DNA of 64,000 nt, from positions 10,357 to 74,356 of the IMG/VR virus record IMGVR_UViG_3300025886_000011, one strand, 5' to 3'. The notes below the pieces were generated by a model. The model was not told where the DNA came from and searched no databases. It worked only from the letters and a program-made list of their open reading frames with translations. This stretch comes from a virus. Position 1 is the first letter of the stretch, and the number at the start of each line of letters is the position of its first letter. Made by a program: the position numbers and the translations under genes. Shown one piece after another: positions 57,534 to 64,000 of the stretch.

Positions 57534-57535
57534 CT

Positions 57536-57649
57536 ATGATGGAATTTTTAGAGTTCACATTTAGTTCTATTTGGCATTTTCTTGGTATCCTAATTTTAAT
57601 AGGAGTAGTCGGTAGCATAATTCCTAATATTAACATTAATAAAAAATGA
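57536..57649 (+). CDS. 37-aa single-pass membrane peptide
   Basis: MMEFLEFTFSSIWHFLGILILIGVVGSIIPNININKK*; stop overlaps the next ATG. Confidence 0.55.
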   Translation: MMEFLEFTFSSIWHFLGILILIGVVGSIIPNININKK

Positions 57650-58125
57650 ATAAAATAATTTTAGTAGGTAAAGGTGCTGCTGGTAAAGATCATATGAGAA
57701 AAATTCTTAGTGGTAGAGGTTTTCAGTATGGTATTTCATACACGACTCGACCTCCTAGGGATGGTGAAATTGATGGTAAGGATTATTTCTTTTTAACAGA
57801 AGAAGATTTTAAAAGAAAAATCAATCAAGGGTATTGGTATGAATGGATAGAATTTAATGGATGGTATTATGGTACAAGCCAAAGACAGTTTACTATAAGC
57901 TGTAACCTTTTTATTATGACACCTAAAGGTATAAGTCATATTGACCCTGTAGATAGAAAAGAATGTACAATAATCTATCTTAATGTAGATGAAAAGATTA
58001 GGCGTAATCGATTAATTAAAAGAGAAATGCCTGGTGATTCAATAGACAGGAGAATGATTGCAGATGCAAAAGACTTTAAAGATTTTACAGATTTTGATAT
58101 TGAAATAAACAATTCTACTTTTTAA
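57646..58125 (+). CDS. Guanylate kinase-like NMP kinase
   Basis: GKGAAGKD, YTTRPPR.GE.DG.DY.F, FNGWYYGT. Confidence 0.88.
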   Translation: MNKIILVGKGAAGKDHMRKILSGRGFQYGISYTTRPPRDGEIDGKDYFFLTEEDFKRKINQGYWYEWIEFNGWYYGTSQRQFTISCNLFIMTPKGISHIDPVDRKECTIIYLNVDEKIRRNRLIKREMPGDSIDRRMIADAKDFKDFTDFDIEINNSTF

Positions 58126-58133
58126 CTATATAA
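58106..58133 (+). promoter_or_regulatory. Middle-type promoter (dNMP kinase and dCMP hydroxymethylase)
   Basis: TAAAC-N17-ATATAA(AAATAA). Confidence 0.7.
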
Positions 58134-58143
58134 AAATAAACAC

Positions 58144-58743
58144 ATGAGCAAATTTATTATCATTGAAGGTACAGATAATACAGGTAAAGATACCCAGCAA
58201 AATCTAATTATTGAAAAATTACATAACCTAGTCTTTCATAAGCTTCACTATTCTTCATTACCTTTTAAAGATGATGTAGAAAAACATGTTAATTATTCTA
58301 CTAAAATGTATAATGATATGTTTAAAATGATGGTAAATAATAAAGATGCTGATATTAATATGATTTTTAATAGATCTCATTTAGGTGAATCTGTTTACTC
58401 TCCTCTTTATAGAAATTATTCAGGTGATTATATTTTTAATATTGAAAAAGAGTATGTTAATCAACTAAGAAAAGAATTATATTTAATTACCTTAACTAAT
58501 GATCCTCATACAATTTTAAAACGAGATGATGGCAAATCATTCTATGGTAATGAAGAAGAAGTTAAAGCCGAAGTTGATGGATTTAACAGAGCTCATAGAT
58601 TAAGTAAGATTAAAAATAAACTAAATATTAATATAGGTACAATGAGCGCAGATGAAGTATCTCATATCATAATTGATTTTCTAAAACATGAAAATTCTAT
58701 TAGTGGTGTTGCTGAACAACTAAATATGTTTACTGATGTGTAA
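58144..58743 (+). CDS. Thymidylate-kinase-like dNMP kinase (probable hm-dCMP kinase)
   Basis: IIEGTDNTGKDT, FNRSHLGE.VY; co-transcribed with the dCMP hydroxymethylase. Confidence 0.8.
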   Translation: MSKFIIIEGTDNTGKDTQQNLIIEKLHNLVFHKLHYSSLPFKDDVEKHVNYSTKMYNDMFKMMVNNKDADINMIFNRSHLGESVYSPLYRNYSGDYIFNIEKEYVNQLRKELYLITLTNDPHTILKRDDGKSFYGNEEEVKAEVDGFNRAHRLSKIKNKLNINIGTMSADEVSHIIIDFLKHENSISGVAEQLNMFTDV

Positions 58744-58921
58744 AGCAGAAGATTTATTATACGAGGCTCACCATGAAGGTATTAGAGATGAGGTTCTTGC
58801 TGAGAGCCGTCGATTATATCAGGATAAAAAGAAGTATGAACACATGGAGTTTGGTGATAGAATAGAAATAGCACTAAGAAATGTTAGAGAGAATAAATTA
58901 CAAAGTAAATTAAAAAAATGA
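58736..58921 (+). CDS. Hypothetical protein
   Basis: 61 aa ORF coupled to both neighbours. Confidence 0.55.
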   Translation: MCKAEDLLYEAHHEGIRDEVLAESRRLYQDKKKYEHMEFGDRIEIALRNVRENKLQSKLKK

Positions 58922-59829
58922 GAGTATTTAAAGGAGAGACTTTTGCAGAAGCATACAACTATGCTCTAAGTAGTATTATACATAATCCTACATACATATC
59001 ATCCCCTAGAGGTATGAAGATATTTGAAATGACTGATGCAGCGATCGTTGTAGAAGATCCTACATATTGTCTTTATGAAAATGATCGTAGGAGTAGTCAA
59101 TTTAAATATATTGCAGCAGAATTGGTTTGGTATTTTACTGGCCGTAATGATGCTGACTTTATTACACCGTATGCAAAGTTCTGGGATCAAATTAAAAATA
59201 AAGACGGTACTGTTAACTCTGCTTATGGTAATCTTATCTTTACCGAAGAATTAGAAGATGGTCGTAATCAATATCGATGGGCATTAGATTCCTTAATTCA
59301 AGATAAAGATTCAAGGCAAGCAATTATACATTTTAATAAGCCCTCTCATCAATGGAATGGAAATAGAGATTTTGTTTGTACTCTTAATGGCATATTTCAA
59401 ATAAGAGATAATAAATTAAACTTTACTATTGATATGAGATCTAACGATCTTATATTAGGTACTCCTACTGATGTTGCATTCTTTTGTCTTTTACAAATTC
59501 AAATGTTAGAGCATCTTCGTAATCATTACCCTGAATTAGAATTAGGTACATATACTCATATTGCACATTCGCTTCATTTATATGAAAGGCACTTCGATCT
59601 TGCAAGCGAGATGTTAATGAAATCGTTTAATCCTCAATCATTTCCAAATATGACAGAGTTTTTAATTGATCCTAACGGTAAATCATTAGATGGTTTAAAA
59701 CAATTAGAAGATGAAATGATTCAGAGTAATGATGTTGTATTTAAAGGAAAATCTAATTTTGAACCACAACCTCATGATGATCTTTTACATCAGTGGATAT
59801 CCGACGCAATTTTTAATAAAGCCCTTTAA
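58918..59829 (+). CDS. gp42: dCMP hydroxymethylase (T4 gp42-like thymidylate synthase superfamily member)
   Basis: ELVWY, NSAYG, DSRQA, DFVCT (catalytic Cys) and MRSNDLILGTPTD, with Asp at the position that is Asn in dUMP-specific TS (T4 gp42: DFMCT, MRSNDVVFGFRND). Confidence 0.85.
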   Translation: MRVFKGETFAEAYNYALSSIIHNPTYISSPRGMKIFEMTDAAIVVEDPTYCLYENDRRSSQFKYIAAELVWYFTGRNDADFITPYAKFWDQIKNKDGTVNSAYGNLIFTEELEDGRNQYRWALDSLIQDKDSRQAIIHFNKPSHQWNGNRDFVCTLNGIFQIRDNKLNFTIDMRSNDLILGTPTDVAFFCLLQIQMLEHLRNHYPELELGTYTHIAHSLHLYERHFDLASEMLMKSFNPQSFPNMTEFLIDPNGKSLDGLKQLEDEMIQSNDVVFKGKSNFEPQPHDDLLHQWISDAIFNKAL

Positions 59830-59832
59830 AAG

Positions 59833-60705
59833 ATGGTAATAGATACCTTTTTATATTATAATGAAATAGAATTACTTGAATTAAGACTCAAGGTTCTCTA
59901 TGACTACGTTGATCGCTTTGTAATAGTAGAAGGTGATCATACACACAAGGGGGATCCTATCCCCTTTAGGGCTAAAAATGATCTTAAGAAACTAGGATAT
60001 GAAAATGATAGAAAGATACATGTCATCGAAGTAAACCTTAAATCTTTTGATGAAGAACCGGATCCTTGGAAAAGATCGGATCGTGCTAGGAATGCACAAG
60101 CTAGCATATATTCTGACGATGATGATATAGTTATTATTGCAGATATAGATGAATTATGGCATCCTCATTATTTACAACAGCATGTAAGATATTTAAACGA
60201 AAACCCAACTCATGTTTTAATTAATAGATGTTGGGATTTACAAGGCCAAGTTGATTTAGGACTATATGCCAAACATAATAATGAATGTAATTCTAATGCA
60301 CCTTTATTTGCCAAAGGTTCTTTTTGGAAAAAACATTCACCAGCTTCTGCTAGGTGGATATGCGGTTGGGGTGGTAATAAAAAAGATTTTCCTTTTGAAG
60401 TTAATTGGTTTACTGATGTTAAGAAGGGGTGGCATCTTTCTTATATGGGAAATGTTGAAAGAAAGTTATCTAAAATTAATACATCATGTCATTGGGATGA
60501 TGAATGGGTTCCAGGTATTTCTTTCGAATCAGATTATACAAAGAACCGCTTTAAGAATTTTAATGGTAAACCTTTAACAGATGGTAGAGATTTATTAGGT
60601 AGAGAAAATTTTTATATTAAGCCATTTGATTACACTGATCTTTTTGATACGATTGGTGACGGCTCAGATCATTTAAAAGATTGGTTATTAGGTAGAAATA
60701 TATAA
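59833..60705 (+). CDS. GT17-like glycosyltransferase
   Basis: F..YNE.ELLELRL..L..VD.FVIVE..T..G, ADIDEL, GWHLSY. Confidence 0.8.
   Translation: MVIDTFLYYNEIELLELRLKVLYDYVDRFVIVEGDHTHKGDPIPFRAKNDLKKLGYENDRKIHVIEVNLKSFDEEPDPWKRSDRARNAQASIYSDDDDIVIIADIDELWHPHYLQQHVRYLNENPTHVLINRCWDLQGQVDLGLYAKHNNECNSNAPLFAKGSFWKKHSPASARWICGWGGNKKDFPFEVNWFTDVKKGWHLSYMGNVERKLSKINTSCHWDDEWVPGISFESDYTKNRFKNFNGKPLTDGRDLLGRENFYIKPFDYTDLFDTIGDGSDHLKDWLLGRNI
60697..60704 (+). promoter_or_regulatory. Late-type promoter (ATP-grasp protein)
   Basis: AATATATA. Confidence 0.55.
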
Positions 60706-60722
60706 ACAAAATAAAACTTGTT

Positions 60723-62141
60723 TTGAAGTATCTAAAATTATTTGAACAATTCCTAAATGAAAAGAAACCTAAAGGAGCACCAGACTTCCATCATTCTGAT
60801 GCACCTGATGCTGAAGGTAGATTTAAAGATCTTTCTATAAAAGATTTAGCCGCATGGTTAATTAAAACTAGAAAGAAAGATGTTAAAAAAATTAGTGGTT
60901 CTTTAACTCAGCAAATAGTTTTTAACAGAAAGAGTGACCCTAAGTATGCTGAAAAGATGGAGAAAACCAGAAAAGAAGTATATAAACAATTAGGCAGAGA
61001 AGATTTATTAAAAGAATATGTTGTAGAGGTAAAGAAACCTATCGATATTACTGTTGGTGGTAAAGAATATAAGCTTACTAAAAAAGGAAGTAAGATTACT
61101 CTAACTAATACTAAGTTATCCGCTGATAAGTTTATATTTAGAAATGAAAAAGAATTTAAAGAATGGGCTGATGATCAGGTAGAACCTATTGGTGGAACTC
61201 AATCATCTCATTTTGGTATCAGTGAATCAAAGGATAGTGAAAATGGTCTAGGTAAAGTTTATTTAGCATTAAGAGAAGATAGTGGACATAGATGGTGGAC
61301 TTATAAAGGTTTTGCTGGGGATAAGTTTTTTACACAAGTTCATGAAAACAATATGAATGACATTGATATTAATCCAGACTATCCAGTTTTAACCTATCAT
61401 TCAGATACAGTTAATAAACTAATAAAGGCTGGTAAGATTAAAAAAGAAAATGTTTATAATCACCCAGACCACATATCAAAATCTGGATCTAAGGAAGAAT
61501 TCCATAAACTGGTTGGAGAAGATGAAAATATACCTAAGACAGTATATTCTAAGAATGATGCATTAGAGCAATTAGAATTTCCTATTATTGCAAAACCTGC
61601 AGAAGGTCATAGTGGAGAAGGTATTCAAATAATAGAAAAGCCAGATTTAATGGAAGAGGTGGACGAAAAGATTTTTGATACCTTTTCAGAATACATTGAC
61701 AAGGCAGAAGAACATAGGTTTATAAACTTTAAAGGAAAGCCGATTTTTTGGATGGAGAGAACTCCTATAAATGAAAAGGCTAAGTCCGGTAAAGGTAGTG
61801 CTAAAGAAGCTATGGAGTTTGGATATGCTAAAAGAAATATTAAAGATTTACCTAAAGATTATAAAAAAGTATTAGAGAAGTTTTGTAAGATTTATGAAGA
61901 TTTGCCTTATATGTGTTTTGATGTTATGAAAGGTAAAAATGGAAAGGTCTATATTATTGAATCCAATGCTCAGCCTGGAGTACCTTTTGATTCTACTATT
62001 GAAGCTTATAAACATATCTATGAAGATTTTTATAAGAAATCTCTTGACGAAGAAAGTTTAACTAAATTAAATGAATATGCTAAAACTATGATTGAAAAGA
62101 CTCTTAAAAAAGATGGGGGCAAAAGATTTTCAATTAAATAG
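60723..62141 (+). CDS. Late protein with putative head-targeting leader and C-terminal RimK-like ATP-grasp domain (TTG start)
   Basis: MKYLKLFEQFLNE leader; IPKT..PII.KP..GHSGEGI, EYID..EHR, FDV, IESNAQPG. Confidence 0.78.
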   Translation: MKYLKLFEQFLNEKKPKGAPDFHHSDAPDAEGRFKDLSIKDLAAWLIKTRKKDVKKISGSLTQQIVFNRKSDPKYAEKMEKTRKEVYKQLGREDLLKEYVVEVKKPIDITVGGKEYKLTKKGSKITLTNTKLSADKFIFRNEKEFKEWADDQVEPIGGTQSSHFGISESKDSENGLGKVYLALREDSGHRWWTYKGFAGDKFFTQVHENNMNDIDINPDYPVLTYHSDTVNKLIKAGKIKKENVYNHPDHISKSGSKEEFHKLVGEDENIPKTVYSKNDALEQLEFPIIAKPAEGHSGEGIQIIEKPDLMEEVDEKIFDTFSEYIDKAEEHRFINFKGKPIFWMERTPINEKAKSGKGSAKEAMEFGYAKRNIKDLPKDYKKVLEKFCKIYEDLPYMCFDVMKGKNGKVYIIESNAQPGVPFDSTIEAYKHIYEDFYKKSLDEESLTKLNEYAKTMIEKTLKKDGGKRFSIK

Positions 62142-62159
62142 AAAAAAGTTATTCAATAA

Positions 62160-62199
62160 TTTTCAGTTCCCAATTATTTGTATTATATTTATACTATAA
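62160..62199 (+). promoter_or_regulatory. Putative early promoter, copy 2
   Basis: TTTTCAGTTCCCAATTA-N5-ATTATATTTATACTATAA. Confidence 0.65.
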
Positions 62200-62223
62200 C
62201 AGTTAATCTGTAAATAAAAACAT

Positions 62224-62757
62224 ATGCTTAACGATTTAGATATTCCTAAAGATTTTTATATAACTTCTGATACGTGGTTCGGTAGGCCGCAAATACTCCA
62301 AATAGCAAATAGGAGATTTAATGATATAGAAGAAATGAATGCTACTCTCATTAAAAATTGGAATAAAACGATAGGAAAGAATGATATTGTATTTCATCTA
62401 GGTAATTTTGCATGGGATCCACAAACTGCTAGGCAAGTTTTAAAGAAGCTTAATGGTCAAATCTATTTTATGATAGGAAATTCTGATGATGCATTTTTAG
62501 ATGTTCATCATGAATTTGATAATGTATCTGTTTTAGATGATCAAATTCTAGAAATGCCACAATTTGATTCTGTTATTTGCCATTATCCATTAGATGTATG
62601 GAATGGTAAGGATTCCGGTACTATTCATTTTCACGGTCACACTGTATTTTCTCACAAGACAGATTTATCTAAAATGAATAGAGTAAATGTATGTACAGAT
62701 TTTTGGAATTATACACCAGTAAATTATTTAACTATTAAAGATTTTATAAATGAGTAA
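62224..62757 (+). CDS. Calcineurin-like metallophosphoesterase fold, catalytically degenerate
   Basis: SDTW (for SDxH), LGNF (for LGDF), GNSD (for GNHD), HGHTV (for HGHxH); scaffold otherwise typical (EEMN..LI.NWN, CHYP..WN). Confidence 0.8.
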   Translation: MLNDLDIPKDFYITSDTWFGRPQILQIANRRFNDIEEMNATLIKNWNKTIGKNDIVFHLGNFAWDPQTARQVLKKLNGQIYFMIGNSDDAFLDVHHEFDNVSVLDDQILEMPQFDSVICHYPLDVWNGKDSGTIHFHGHTVFSHKTDLSKMNRVNVCTDFWNYTPVNYLTIKDFINE

Positions 62758-63391
62758 AACAAAAAAGAAAACCTACAAAGAATTAGCGATTGAATTTAAA
62801 AAGACTAGAAAAGAAAGTACTTACAATGAACTTTATCACAAGATGAGACCAGGACTATGGTCTTATGTAAATAATATTGTAAAAGATCCAACGATTGCTG
62901 ATGATATTGTATCTACAACTCTTACTACAGTATATTTAAAAATTGATCAATATAATGAAGACTATCAAATAACAACATGGGCGTATCGCATTGCTTATAA
63001 TGAAAGTATAGGATGGATTAGGTTTAGAAATAAAAAAGTAAGTATGAATGTATTTACTGATGCTGGAATAGAACCACCAATGGAATCTTCGATGCCTTCT
63101 ATGAAAGATGGTTTACATTTACCTAAAACTGAATCTGATTGGGAAGAAGAACAATCAACACTTGATGAACAGGTTAGAATGACTCATGAGGCAATAAATG
63201 CATTACCTCCAATGTATAAAAGATTTATGGTAGAAAGATTCTTAAATCATAAATCATATTCTGATATATTGGATATAATGAAAGAGTTTGAAAAAGGAAT
63301 AAACTTACAGACAGTAAAGAATCGAATATTTAGAGGAAGGAAAATAGTTAAAAAACAGCTTCAAGGAATGAAACTGTTTGCCGAAGCCTAA
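62750..63391 (+). CDS. ECF-type sigma-70 factor
   Basis: Region 2 ADDIV...VY.KIDQYN...TTWAYRIAYN and region 4 INALPP.Y..KSY.DI...TVKNRIFRGR. Confidence 0.9.
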   Translation: MSKTKKKTYKELAIEFKKTRKESTYNELYHKMRPGLWSYVNNIVKDPTIADDIVSTTLTTVYLKIDQYNEDYQITTWAYRIAYNESIGWIRFRNKKVSMNVFTDAGIEPPMESSMPSMKDGLHLPKTESDWEEEQSTLDEQVRMTHEAINALPPMYKRFMVERFLNHKSYSDILDIMKEFEKGINLQTVKNRIFRGRKIVKKQLQGMKLFAEA

Positions 63392-63415
63392 ATAGATAAT
63401 AAACAAAATAAAATT

Positions 63416-63868
63416 ATGTACATAAGTAAACTATATAACGAAATTAACATCTGGAAAAAAATAAGAAAGATAGTTAAATCGGAAGAAAAAGCATTAAACG
63501 AAAAAGGCTTTAGGATAGATTGGGTTGGCAGAGTTTATACTGTCATTAATTTACCTGAAGAGGTTGCAACTGCTCCAATTTCACAAGAAGGATATGTTTT
63601 AATGAAGTTAAGAGAACATGATCAATTTTTATTACAATTAGGTATTGCTGATTATGTATCACCTGAGTTTGAAAAAATCGAAGGTACTGATTCATTTCTT
63701 TTGGTACTATCCCCTGATCGTGATTATATGAAGCTTTGGCCTTTTTTAGTATCTGCATTTAAAACTACTGGTTTAATATTAATTCTACGATTACTTTATG
63801 TAATCTTAGAACATAACCATGAAAAAAGTATGGAATTATGGAACAAGTTAACGACCCTAATATTCTAA
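63416..63868 (+). CDS. Hypothetical protein with C-terminal hydrophobic segment
   Basis: 150 aa ORF. Confidence 0.6.
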   Translation: MYISKLYNEINIWKKIRKIVKSEEKALNEKGFRIDWVGRVYTVINLPEEVATAPISQEGYVLMKLREHDQFLLQLGIADYVSPEFEKIEGTDSFLLVLSPDRDYMKLWPFLVSAFKTTGLILILRLLYVILEHNHEKSMELWNKLTTLIF

Positions 63869-64000
63869 GAAAGCAAGTTGATAAAATTGACAAAGAACTT
63901 GATCAATTAGAAAAAGAAAAAGAAATAATTCAAAATGATTGCAAACACAAGGGAGAAACTTTTGTGCAATTTGATAAATCAAACTCTATGAAAAAGTATT
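63838..64000 (+). CDS. Hypothetical protein, 3' truncated by window
   Basis: MEQVNDPNILRKQVDKIDKELDQLEKEKEIIQNDCKH... open to the window end. Confidence 0.55.
   Translation, partial: MEQVNDPNILRKQVDKIDKELDQLEKEKEIIQNDCKHKGETFVQFDKSNSMKKY

Noticed and set aside
58918-59829. Calling this gene thymidylate synthase (thyA)
   Set aside because: The specificity residue is Asp, not Asn, and the flanking motifs match T4 gp42.
51553-62223. tRNA or other structured ncRNA in the larger gaps (51553-51598, 52397-52487, 62142-62223)
   Set aside because: No cloverleaf or T-loop motif; the gaps are accounted for by promoters.
63369-63403. TGAAAC...AATAGATAATAA as a promoter for 63416
   Set aside because: The -10 deviates from both motif classes (ATAGAT), so it could not be assigned.
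3669-63758. The many 60-170 aa alternative-frame and antisense ORFs in the track (e.g. 19299-19694, 40326-40613, 50290-50796, 55917-56309)
   Set aside because: They lie inside well-supported genes, have shadow-type composition and lack motifs or promoters. Only 32247-33041 (-) and the +1 frame ending at 48081 were kept.
1-64000. Stop-codon reassignment as seen in some Bacteroidota phages
   Set aside because: Core genes are full length under code 11, and TAG and TGA end genes at sensible positions.

Overview
AT-rich 64-kb segment of a large T4-like myovirus. The host is probably Bacteroidota, inferred from an Hc1-like protein, a Bacteroidetes-type DnaQ homolog and A-rich starts lacking Shine-Dalgarno sites. 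The window holds the core replication and recombination genes (nrdA end, clamp, clamp loader, C-terminal half of a split PolB, UvsX, helicase, gp46/47, RNase H, topoisomerase II) and the morphogenesis genes (portal, protease-scaffold fusion, MCP, terminase, neck, sheath, tube, tape measure). About 15 sugar-metabolism genes are interspersed. Main observations, by motif recognition only with no database searches: (1) a probable cytosine hypermodification system, made of a gp42-type dCMP hydroxymethylase with NMP kinases plus a seven-gene operon (HAD, kinase, nucleotidyltransferase, BGT-like GT-B, epimerase, atypical C5-MTase, GT8); (2) a readable three-tier promoter system: a 40-bp early motif, TAAAC-N16/17-ATATAA before 12 replication-type genes matching a phage ECF sigma, and RATAWATA before late genes matching gp55; (3) a candidate +1 frameshift in the tail-chaperone gene before the tape measure; (4) an unannotated 21-aa, 9-Cys metallothionein-like peptide; (5) late enzymes with a putative capsid-targeting leader; (6) an early metallophosphoesterase that has lost several metal ligands. 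No tRNA, rRNA or CRISPR array was seen.
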